From an uncultured Clostridium sp. (GTDB lineage: Bacteria > Bacillota > Clostridia > TANB77 > CAG-465): a stretch of 64,000 bases of DNA. Of the stretch, positions 49,298 through 57,664 are shown one piece after another. The notes under the pieces are model-generated. The model searched no databases, was not told where the DNA came from, and saw only the letters and a program-made list of their open reading frames with translations. Position 1 is the first letter of the stretch. Each line of letters starts with the position of its first letter. Position numbers and translations under genes: made by a program. Location of the stretch: contig USES01000001.1 of assembly GCA_900553785.1 (NCBI GenBank), positions 45,995-109,994 on the forward strand, read 5' to 3'.

Positions 49298-49312
49298 ACT
49301 TGCTACACTCCT

Positions 49313-49600
49313 TTACTCTACAACCTTTGGTACACTTATACAGCCTGCATCTTTAGATGGTGCATTCTTTAGTATAAGCTCTCTATCAAATGAAGGACGT
49401 AATTCATCCTCTCTAAATACGTTTTGCTTGTCCACTATAAACGCTGTAGGGCTAACACTTGATACATCAACCTCTTTTAGTTTCTCTACAAAATCTGCTA
49501 TTTGACCAAGTTCTGTGCTAAATTTCTTAACTTCTTCATCACTTAATTTAAGTTTTGCAAGATTTGCTATGTGTTTTACTTCTTCTTCAGATATTGTCAT
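49313..49600 (-). CDS. gatC: Asp/Glu-tRNA amidotransferase subunit C
   Basis: 95 aa. It lies upstream of gatA with a typical GatC sequence (HIANLAKLKLSDEE). Confidence 0.85.
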   Translation of the reverse strand: MTISEEEVKHIANLAKLKLSDEEVKKFSTELGQIADFVEKLKEVDVSSVSPTAFIVDKQNVFREDELRPSFDRELILKNAPSKDAGCISVPKVVE

Positions 49601-49715
49601 ACAATTACCTCATTTCCTAATTTAACAGGTTATATTATATAATATATGTATGAAATTTTCAAGAAAAATCTAAATAAATATAACAAGTCCGACAACACTA
49701 AATTGTATTGCGGAC

Positions 49716-50456
49716 TTAAAACATAACTACACTATATAACATATCTACATATTGTATAAATTCATTAAGGCAAACATCATCCAAACTAAAACTAAATATT
49801 TTTTTGATCGGACTAGATACAACATAAACGCATGCAAAATATACAGCTTGGCTCATCTTAACATATGTAGTTTTATTTTTGCTCATCTGTGATAGTTCTT
49901 CTGCAAAACAATTTTCACAAATCGCATTATTTTCTGCAAAAGAATAATAGTAATTTTTATACGAATCTTTAACTAACGAATTGCCACATTTATTACAAGT
50001 AACAATATTTGGCATATATCCTAACAAAGACAATAATTTTAATTTAAATATTGTTTCTATTTGCTTAGCAGGTATATCTTTATTTTCAATAACAAACATA
50101 GTATTTAAAAACAATGATAAAACCTCTTTTGATTCTTCTCCCTCACAAATAGATTGCATTAATACTTTAGTGATATCATAAGCAATGTTTAATTTATCAT
50201 AATCAATTCTTAAATTGTAAAAGGTGTCTATTATTTCGGCGGAATTTATGTGATAAAAGCTTGTCCCTTTATATAAAACAAACTCACTATATACTAAAAA
50301 TTGGCATGGTGCAAGAAGGGAGCTATTTGTCTTTTTTGCTCCCTTTGCCATGCAAGATATTTTACCAAACTCATCTGTAAAAACAGTAAGAATCTTATCA
50401 TTATCGTTATATTGAGTCTCCTTTATTACTATTCCCTTCACTTTTAACAGTTTCAT
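49716..50456 (-). CDS. recO: DNA repair protein RecO
   Basis: An N-terminal OB fold (KVKGIVIKETQYNDNDKILTVFT) and a C-terminal zinc motif (CNKCG...CENC). Confidence 0.85.
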   Translation of the reverse strand: MKLLKVKGIVIKETQYNDNDKILTVFTDEFGKISCMAKGAKKTNSSLLAPCQFLVYSEFVLYKGTSFYHINSAEIIDTFYNLRIDYDKLNIAYDITKVLMQSICEGEESKEVLSLFLNTMFVIENKDIPAKQIETIFKLKLLSLLGYMPNIVTCNKCGNSLVKDSYKNYYYSFAENNAICENCFAEELSQMSKNKTTYVKMSQAVYFACVYVVSSPIKKIFSFSLDDVCLNEFIQYVDMLYSVVMF

Positions 50457-50625
50457 TTACTTCCTCATTTTTTGTTTCATTTAATTTATATTTCATGTAA
50501 TCTTCTATTTTCCCAGTTTTCTCAAATTCATTCCAAAGTGTGTCTCTTGACATATTATCACCTAATAATATTTTACGCAGCTTCACACATTATATACAAA
50601 CAAAATTGTTGTATATTAGATATTT

Positions 50626-51540
50626 TTAACGTATTTTGTCTTTTATGTTAGACAAATATGCTTCATTGTTATCCCAGTCAGGTCGTACTTTAACCCATAT
50701 TTTAAGGTTGGCTCTTGCTTCTAGCATTTTTTCGATATCTTTTTTGGAATCTATTGTAATCCTTTTTAGCATAGCTCCATCTTTTCCAATTATTATTGGT
50801 TTATGTGATTCTTTTTTGCATATCAAAGTAGCTTCTATATTCCAAACCACATTACCGTTTTCCGTCACTCTATCTTTCATTTTGTCTATAACTATATTTA
50901 TACCATGAGGAATTTCCTCATTTAAATATTTTAATGCTTTGCTTCTTATTATCTCAGATGCTATATCCCTTTGAGATATATCTGTTATATCATCTACGTC
51001 GTAAATTAAATCACCTTCTGGTAAAACTGATTCAATAGACTTCATAAGGATATCTAGACCATCTTTTTTATGTACAGATATTGGTATTATATCTGCAAAA
51101 GAGCCTCCTATGCTTTCTATGTATTTGTTATACTCATCAATAATTTTTAATATGTTTTCCTTTTTAATTTTATCTACTTTGTTTATACAAAATAATATTT
51201 TTTTATTTTGTGTTATTATATTTTGTATTATTTTTTTATTTGCATCATCTAATACTGGTTTTGTACCATCAATTATGTAAAGTATTACATCTACAGACTC
51301 TGTTGCAAGTTCCACACCTTTCATCATATAATTACCAAGTTTATGATGTGGAGTGTGAACTCCTGGAGTATCTACAAATACGAATTGTGCTGTATCAGTA
51401 GTAACTATTCCTTTTATGTTAAACCTTGTAGTTTGTGGCTTTGGTGTAATTATTGAAACATCAAAACCAACAAGTTCATTTACCAAACTAGACTTTCCTG
51501 CATTTGGTTTACCAACTACAGCAATAAATCCTGACTTCAT
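50626..51540 (-). CDS. era: GTPase Era
   Basis: G1 GKPNAGKSS, G3 DTPG, G4 NKVD and a C-terminal KH domain. Confidence 0.95.
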   Translation of the reverse strand: MKSGFIAVVGKPNAGKSSLVNELVGFDVSIITPKPQTTRFNIKGIVTTDTAQFVFVDTPGVHTPHHKLGNYMMKGVELATESVDVILYIIDGTKPVLDDANKKIIQNIITQNKKILFCINKVDKIKKENILKIIDEYNKYIESIGGSFADIIPISVHKKDGLDILMKSIESVLPEGDLIYDVDDITDISQRDIASEIIRSKALKYLNEEIPHGINIVIDKMKDRVTENGNVVWNIEATLICKKESHKPIIIGKDGAMLKRITIDSKKDIEKMLEARANLKIWVKVRPDWDNNEAYLSNIKDKIR

Positions 51541-52919
51541 TTATTCTCTCCTTCTTCTAAAACAACTTTTTCAAATTCCTTTTGTATATCTTTTAGTTTT
51601 TCCATAGTTTTGGCTTCAAATCTCATAGTTACGTCTGGGCCTGTTTGAGAGGCACGTACTAAAGCCCACCAATCAGGCTCTTCCACTCTTACACCATCTA
51701 TTGTAGAAAAATTGTAATCTTTTTTAATAGCATACTCTTTAACTTTTGATACAAGAATATATTTTTCTTCTTCTGTTGAATGTATTTTAACTTCTGGTGA
51801 AGAAAAATATTTATTGATACCGTTTTGCATCTGAGATAAAGGTTTATTTGTATGTGTCATTAGCTCTATAAGTCTTAAGCCCGCATATACTCCATCATCA
51901 AAGCCTGACCACTTATCACGGAAAAATACATGTCCTGAAAATTCGCCACCAAGAGCAAAATTTCCTTCTTTCATTCTGTATTTTATGTATGAATTTCCCA
52001 CTTTATATCTCTCATATATGCCACCTAAAGCTTTGATATCATCCTCTAAAGCTTTAGTACATTTAACATCAAACAAAATTTTGTAATTTTTATTCTTTTT
52101 AAGCAAATCTCTTGCCATTATTATTAGATAATGGTCTATTGGAATATACTCGCCCTTTTCATCAATTACACCAATTCTATCCGCATCTCCGTCAAGTGCA
52201 AGCCCTACGTCTGCATGAAAATCTAATACTGCCTCTTTAAGCATCTTTGTATTTTCTTCAACGCTAGGGTCCGGATGATGGTTCGGAAAAGCTGGATCAC
52301 TTATATCACATATATATTTTACATCTAATGAATTAAATTTATTAAATATTTCCTTTACAAAAGCTGCTGCCGTACCATTTCCAGGATCAACAACTACTCT
52401 TAAATTTCTGGCTCCTAAATCTATATTAGATAGTATTCTTTCTATATAGTTATATAAAATATTTACTTTTTCTACACTACCTTTGCCCTTTTTAAACTGA
52501 GCATTTAATATATACTCTCTAAATTGTTGTATCTTCTCTCCAAATGCATTACCGCTTTCATCAAACGCCATCTTAAAACCATTATACTCTTTTGGGTTAT
52601 GACTTGCAGTTATCATAAGGCCTGAACATATATTTAAATATTCCCATGAAAAGTAATACATAGGAGTAGTAACAAGCCCTATATCTACTACGTTTACTCC
52701 TGTTTCAACTAGTCCTTGTATTAAGGCGCTTTTTAAATTTTCAGAAGAAGCCCTATTATCCATTCCCACAATAACTTTGTTTTTTCCATTTTCAATAATG
52801 TAGCTACCAAAAGCTAAACCTATAGTATAAGCAACATCATCTGTTAAGTCTACATTATATATTCCGCGTATATCATAGCCTCTAAAAATATCTTTACTTA
52901 TGTTTCTTACAATTTTCAT
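51537..52919 (-). CDS. Phosphohexomutase (phosphomannomutase/phosphoglucomutase family)
   Basis: An active-site TASHNP and a Mg-binding DGDADR motif. 460 aa. Confidence 0.8.
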   Translation of the reverse strand: MKIVRNISKDIFRGYDIRGIYNVDLTDDVAYTIGLAFGSYIIENGKNKVIVGMDNRASSENLKSALIQGLVETGVNVVDIGLVTTPMYYFSWEYLNICSGLMITASHNPKEYNGFKMAFDESGNAFGEKIQQFREYILNAQFKKGKGSVEKVNILYNYIERILSNIDLGARNLRVVVDPGNGTAAAFVKEIFNKFNSLDVKYICDISDPAFPNHHPDPSVEENTKMLKEAVLDFHADVGLALDGDADRIGVIDEKGEYIPIDHYLIIMARDLLKKNKNYKILFDVKCTKALEDDIKALGGIYERYKVGNSYIKYRMKEGNFALGGEFSGHVFFRDKWSGFDDGVYAGLRLIELMTHTNKPLSQMQNGINKYFSSPEVKIHSTEEEKYILVSKVKEYAIKKDYNFSTIDGVRVEEPDWWALVRASQTGPDVTMRFEAKTMEKLKDIQKEFEKVVLEEGENK

Positions 52920-52930
52920 ATGTTTCCCCT

Positions 52931-54529
52931 TTATAACTCTTCAAATTTTTTAACTCCTATTTTTTCTAAGAACACCCATGAAGCTAGTATTACTACCATA
53001 TTTATAAAAGCAAGTATTCCAAATAAAACAACAGGATGAGTAAGTTCTAATTTGTACATTAAAACAATAATCAATATTGCATATAAAATTCCAATTATGA
53101 TGCTACAAATTGAACTTGCGCTTTGTTTTACTATAGCTATTTCACTTCCGTCTAATTTAGGTAAAAGCAAATTAATCACTATTCCAAGCATAGCTTGCAT
53201 AAATACACTTAAAGCCAGAGATATTGTAATTATCATTGTATCTATAGCGCTTAAATTTAACACTACTGCTGCCAACGCAACACTTAACGCAGAAGGAATA
53301 AAAACAATTAAAAAGTGAAATACAGCTTTTGTTAAAAATATATCCATTGTGTTAATAGGAAGTGACTTCAAAAGCTGTAAGTTTTTTCCCTCTATAGAAA
53401 TTGAGGAAGCAGAAATGTTTGCTGTACTAACTCCCATTGTAGCTATCATATACAATAACAATGGCATATATTCGTTTAATCGTTGTAGTAGTTGTGCATT
53501 GTCTCTAGTTATGCTCTTAATATCTACTCCTTTTGCTAATAAAAGTACCGCTCCAATTATCAATAGCATAGGCCCAACAATAGTATTTAATAAATATACG
53601 CTAGACCTAAAATACTTTTTCATTTCCTTAACAAATAATGTATCAAATACATTTCTAGTTTTTACAGTCTTAAATGTGAACTTAGACTTTGAGTGGTTTT
53701 CAGATAATTTAGAAATTATTTTAAAATACCCTAGGCTAAATATTAAAACAAATAGTATAAGCGGTACCATATTTATGGCAAGTATTGCTAACAGCTTTAA
53801 TACATCCAAATTTTCTATGCATTCTATATATAACCCTAATGGATAATATATTTCCTTTAGCGTTTTATATATATCTTGTGCTTTATTGATTAGCTCATTT
53901 AAATTTCCAGATAGCTTAAAACTAAAATAAAAAGTAACTACAAATATTACCACTGAGGCTATTATCTGCATAAGATTTTTACTTTTAAACCTAGAAGAAA
54001 TGACCGTAGCTATATAGCCAAGTATTGTACCTAATATTACTGGAATTATAGGTAAGGCTATAAGCATTACTATAGAAGATATAATAAGACTTAACGTAAG
54101 TCCTTCATAATATACATATACTACAAGTGATGGTATAAGTATTATTCCTGTCCAAATGTACTCTAATAACATAAGCTTAATTATTCTAGATGCAAGTATT
54201 GCCTTTTTTTCAATAGGCAAAGCTAATAATAAATCATTATCCTTTGAAACAAACAGCACGCCCTGAGATTTATAAATAGTGTTTACCACACAAAGTATAA
54301 GTGATACGAAAATCATCAAAGCTAACATAACATAAGTATATCCTTGTTTATATAACTGTTCAGCCATCAGATTTGCATACATTCCCATAGCATAGCAAAG
54401 TATCCCTATTATAATAATTACAAAAGCAGTAGAACTAATATTTTTAAATTTGTTTTTTGTTATGTCGGTATTTAGTATGTTTATACTGTGTCTATCTGCT
54501 TTGAGTAAAATCAATATTTTACCAATCAT
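52931..54529 (-). CDS. ABC transporter permease (large polytopic, ABC-2-like)
   Basis: 532 aa with more than 10 predicted TM helices. It lies directly downstream of the ABC ATPase. Confidence 0.6.
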   Translation of the reverse strand: MIGKILILLKADRHSINILNTDITKNKFKNISSTAFVIIIIGILCYAMGMYANLMAEQLYKQGYTYVMLALMIFVSLILCVVNTIYKSQGVLFVSKDNDLLLALPIEKKAILASRIIKLMLLEYIWTGIILIPSLVVYVYYEGLTLSLIISSIVMLIALPIIPVILGTILGYIATVISSRFKSKNLMQIIASVVIFVVTFYFSFKLSGNLNELINKAQDIYKTLKEIYYPLGLYIECIENLDVLKLLAILAINMVPLILFVLIFSLGYFKIISKLSENHSKSKFTFKTVKTRNVFDTLFVKEMKKYFRSSVYLLNTIVGPMLLIIGAVLLLAKGVDIKSITRDNAQLLQRLNEYMPLLLYMIATMGVSTANISASSISIEGKNLQLLKSLPINTMDIFLTKAVFHFLIVFIPSALSVALAAVVLNLSAIDTMIITISLALSVFMQAMLGIVINLLLPKLDGSEIAIVKQSASSICSIIIGILYAILIIVLMYKLELTHPVVLFGILAFINMVVILASWVFLEKIGVKKFEEL

Positions 54530-54532
54530 ATT

Positions 54533-55243
54533 TTACACCAACTCCAAAAATACATTTTCCAAAGAAGTATCCCCTTTAATTTCGTCCATACTTCCTATCT
54601 TAACTATTTTTCCAGCTTTAATAATTGCTACTTTATCACATAACTTTTCAGCCACATCTAATATATGAGTTGAAAAGAAAACGCTGGTTCCCAAACTACA
54701 TAATTCTTTCATTACTTCTTTTAAATCAAATACTGCTTTTGGGTCAAGTCCAACAAATGGCTCATCTAACACCAAAACTTTCGGATCGTGAATTAGTGCA
54801 GAAATTATAACTAATTTTTGCTTCATTCCATGGGAATATGTAGATATCTCATCTCCTAGATACCTAGTCATTCCAAACAAATCAGAATACTTTTTAAATC
54901 TATTAAGTCTCACATCTTTAGATATTTCAAATATATCCGCAATAAAATTCAAATATTCTATTCCTTTTAAATTGTCATATATATCTGGATTATCTGGAAC
55001 ATATGCAATCTGTCTTTTGCATTCTATAGGTTTTTGTTTTATGCTTATTCCGTTAATTAAAATATCTCCTTCTTCAAAATCTAATATTCCAACTATAGAC
55101 TTTATAGTAGTAGTTTTACCGGCACCATTATGTCCAATAAAACCAAATATCTCCCCATCATCTACTTTAAAAGAAATGTCATCTACCACCTTATTACCGC
55201 TATATGACTTGCTATAATTTTTAATTTCTATCACTATAAACAC
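54533..55243 (-). CDS. ABC transporter ATP-binding protein
   Basis: Walker A GHNGAGKTT, a signature YSHGMKQKL and Walker B VLVLDEP. Confidence 0.9.
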   Translation of the reverse strand: MFIVIEIKNYSKSYSGNKVVDDISFKVDDGEIFGFIGHNGAGKTTTIKSIVGILDFEEGDILINGISIKQKPIECKRQIAYVPDNPDIYDNLKGIEYLNFIADIFEISKDVRLNRFKKYSDLFGMTRYLGDEISTYSHGMKQKLVIISALIHDPKVLVLDEPFVGLDPKAVFDLKEVMKELCSLGTSVFFSTHILDVAEKLCDKVAIIKAGKIVKIGSMDEIKGDTSLENVFLELV

Positions 55244-55351
55244 TCCTTCTTTTTTAGTATTATATATGTTTTACATATTTTTTTCAATAATTTTTCTACA
55301 TATTTGTTTACTTTTAGACTTCCTTTTGTTATAATAAATATTGTCTTATAT

Positions 55352-55426
55352 GGCCCATTGGTCAAGCGGTTAAGACGCAGCCCTCTCAAGGCTGAATCAT
55401 GGGTTCGATTCCCGTATGGGTCACCA
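55352..55426 (+). tRNA. tRNA-Glu (anticodon CUC)
   Basis: GGCCCATTGGTCAAGCGGTTAAGACGCAGCCCTCTCAAGGCTGAATCATGGGTTCGATTCCCGTATGGGTCACCA. It has a Firmicute tRNA-Glu-like backbone, the anticodon stem CAGCC/GGCTG, the loop CTCTCAA and an encoded CCA. Confidence 0.8.
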
Positions 55427-55490
55427 GTTTAAGTCGTTCAAATTATTGAGCGGCTTTTTTGTTTATTAAAGGTCTCTCTCATTACGAAAT

Positions 55491-55519
55491 TTTACTTTTT
55501 TATGTAAATGTGATATAAT
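55491..55519 (+). promoter_or_regulatory. Promoter with extended -10 (TTTACT, 17-bp spacer, TGaTATAAT)
   Basis: It lies ~80 bp upstream of the 55601 start. Confidence 0.5.
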
Positions 55520-55600
55520 ATATATATCAAATCATTTAAATATCCAATATGTGTTTGGCGACTTGGTTTGACTACAAAATTTTTATTGGAGGTTAGTGAA

Positions 55601-56332
55601 ATGACTAACAAAAACACGACTATGGATTCCATCAAAGAAGAAGCTGTTCGGATTTACCCTGGCATGACAGCAGTTTTCCCGCAATTCTCTAAAGAAGAGA
55701 TCATCGATGTTTCGGAACTTGCACCGAAGTTCAATGGTTGCTTTGCAACGAATAACTCAACGGTCTGCTTTGTTTCGGATAATGAGATCTATGTCACCCC
55801 GTGCACTCGTAGTGTCTTGCATCTTCTTTGCTCTAACGGTTTCAAGGAAGAATACTTCTACGTTCCGTTTAGCAACGGAGATTATCCAAAGAGTGAACAA
55901 TTCAAATGGGATGCGCTCCGCTTAAAGGCACGTAAGTCCTATGAGGAAGAATTCATTAAGGATTGCACCACTTATTGTGACAGACTTCACATCGGTACCA
56001 TCAGCGACGAAACACTTCAAAACTGTTTTGAGATGCCTTCTACTGGCGTCAAGGTAAAGCACCTCTATTATGAGGATTGCTATTACCCTGTTCTCAATTC
56101 CACAGTGTTAGACTGTGCCGTTGTTGATCAAATTGGACATTTCTGCTCCAACAATGGGAAAGTGGTTTTCGTCTATCGCAATGGCAAAACCTATGTAGCA
56201 AAGGGGTACAAAATTTTGGATGAACTCCGAAATGCTGGATACATCGAATCTGGAATATTCGTACCATTCTCAAATGGTGAAGAAATTCAAGATCCTGTGC
56301 TGAAAGCTCGTTGGGATTCCATCTCCAAGTAA
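55601..56332 (+). CDS. Hypothetical Cys-rich protein with an internal tandem duplication, visibly higher GC
   Basis: Start at ATG 55601 after GGAGG. The two halves share the ...YVPFSNGDYPKSEQFKWDALRLKAR / ...IFVPFSNGEEIQDPVLKARWD pattern. Its codon usage is clearly different from the neighbouring AT-rich genes. Confidence 0.55.
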   Translation: MTNKNTTMDSIKEEAVRIYPGMTAVFPQFSKEEIIDVSELAPKFNGCFATNNSTVCFVSDNEIYVTPCTRSVLHLLCSNGFKEEYFYVPFSNGDYPKSEQFKWDALRLKARKSYEEEFIKDCTTYCDRLHIGTISDETLQNCFEMPSTGVKVKHLYYEDCYYPVLNSTVLDCAVVDQIGHFCSNNGKVVFVYRNGKTYVAKGYKILDELRNAGYIESGIFVPFSNGEEIQDPVLKARWDSISK

Positions 56333-56371
56333 TGTCGTGATATAAGACGGCATTCAGTTGTCTTATAATGT

Positions 56372-56405
56372 GGGGGTCAACTACTGTTGACCTCCATATT
56401 TTATT
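56372..56405 (+). terminator. Rho-independent terminator
   Basis: GGGGGTCAAC tact GTTGACCTCC then ATATTTTATT. Confidence 0.6.
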
Positions 56406-56432
56406 ATCTGCACCTTTTAATCTTTAAATATA

Positions 56433-56461
56433 TTGATTTTATGTATACCAAATGGTATAAT
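56433..56461 (+). promoter_or_regulatory. Sigma-A-type promoter (TTGATT, 17-bp spacer, TATAAT)
   Basis: Consensus-like hexamers ~45 bp upstream of the 56507 start. Confidence 0.55.
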
Positions 56462-56506
56462 GTTATTGGTTGTCAGTTAAATTTTACTTAAATAAGGAGA
56501 ATTAAT

Positions 56507-57262
56507 ATGTACAAAAAATTTAGAACAGACAATTCAAACTTAACGGACACAGAGGTATATTTCAAAGTTATAACCGGTAAACTCAAAAGGTTTCCAAACA
56601 ATTTTTTAAATAGGGATACTTGTAAGGAGATATTGCGGTATGTTTGTATAAACATGTATAACATGTCACGTACTCAAATATGCCATATAAACCAGGGTTT
56701 TCTATTTCAAAATTATATAGGAGGATTTAGAAAAATATTTAATTACGACGTTTTTTCGTTAATTCAATACTCTTTTCCTGAACTTAACATTAAACGTTGG
56801 GAAGCCTCAAAAGTGTCAGCTAACTTTTGGCAAGATAAAAAAAATCAAAAAGACTTTATCTTATGGGTTGCCCAAAAAGAAAATTTAAATTTGAGCAGAC
56901 TAGAAGATATTTCTAAAATCAATTCAAAAATGATTATAAAATACGGTGGTTCGAAAGCAATACGTGCTGCTGGTGGCACTTTTGAGTTGATATCCACTGC
57001 AACAGGCGACACATTTAAGGAATGGGAAGTATTAAAAATCGATGTTTGGACTGAATCCAAAGCCATTGATGCAATAAAGTGGCTTATAGAAGATATACTT
57101 TGCTGGAATGATGAACAGATAATAAATCAACTAACAGCAAATATATTTAGAGTCAATCACTTAGGTGGCTTACTTAAGAACTATTGCAATAACAGCCCAA
57201 TTGCGGCAATAAACCTAGCATACCCTGGTAAATTCAAAACATTACGACACACAAAAAGTTAA
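56507..57262 (+). CDS. Hypothetical protein (251 aa)
   Basis: A clean ORF with an AAGGAG RBS, its own promoter and a terminator. No family was recognised. Confidence 0.5.
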   Translation: MYKKFRTDNSNLTDTEVYFKVITGKLKRFPNNFLNRDTCKEILRYVCINMYNMSRTQICHINQGFLFQNYIGGFRKIFNYDVFSLIQYSFPELNIKRWEASKVSANFWQDKKNQKDFILWVAQKENLNLSRLEDISKINSKMIIKYGGSKAIRAAGGTFELISTATGDTFKEWEVLKIDVWTESKAIDAIKWLIEDILCWNDEQIINQLTANIFRVNHLGGLLKNYCNNSPIAAINLAYPGKFKTLRHTKS

Positions 57263-57270
57263 CACTAAAT

Positions 57271-57300
57271 AACACCCATAAGTAAATTCTTATGGGTGTT
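57271..57300. terminator. Bidirectional hairpin terminator between convergent genes
   Basis: AACACCCATAAG taaattc TTATGGGTGTT. Confidence 0.6.
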
Positions 57301-57309
57301 ATCATATAT

Positions 57310-57579
57310 CTAATTTAAATTTTTACTTTCAATACAAAATCTTATCCCAGTTTTTTCAGAGTCGTCTATCATAACTTCTGTAAAACATGGTGTACAAGTA
57401 ATATCTACTCCTGTTGGTATCATAAATCCTCTCGCTATTGCTACCGCTTTTACTGCTTGATTTATTGCACCAGCCCCTATTGCCTGCATTTCTACCTTTC
57501 CATTTTCCTTAACTAATCCTGCAATTGCGCCAGCTACGCCATTTGGGCTAGACTTGGCAGATACTTTAAGTAATTCCAT
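57310..57579 (-). CDS. spoVS: Stage V sporulation protein S
   Basis: The MELLKVSAKSSPNGVAGAIAG...IGAGAINQAVKAVAIARGF motif is nearly invariant in SpoVS. Confidence 0.9.
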   Translation of the reverse strand: MELLKVSAKSSPNGVAGAIAGLVKENGKVEMQAIGAGAINQAVKAVAIARGFMIPTGVDITCTPCFTEVMIDDSEKTGIRFCIESKNLN

Positions 57580-57664
57580 ATATTTCCTCCTTTGTTACTT
57601 TGTATTTACTACACAAATATTATACCGAAACTAAATTATAGTTGCAACATTTTTCTGCATATTT

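Noticed and set aside
40771-57300. Direct repeats of tRNA 3' ends (attL/attR) flanking the tRNA-adjacent higher-GC genes, or an integrase nearby
   Set aside because: I searched the flanks by eye for copies of the last ~15 nt of tRNA-Trp and tRNA-Glu and found none. The nearest partial match is TTATGGGTGTT at 57291. The only recombinase, at 19590, is about 20 kb away and has its own, different repeats.
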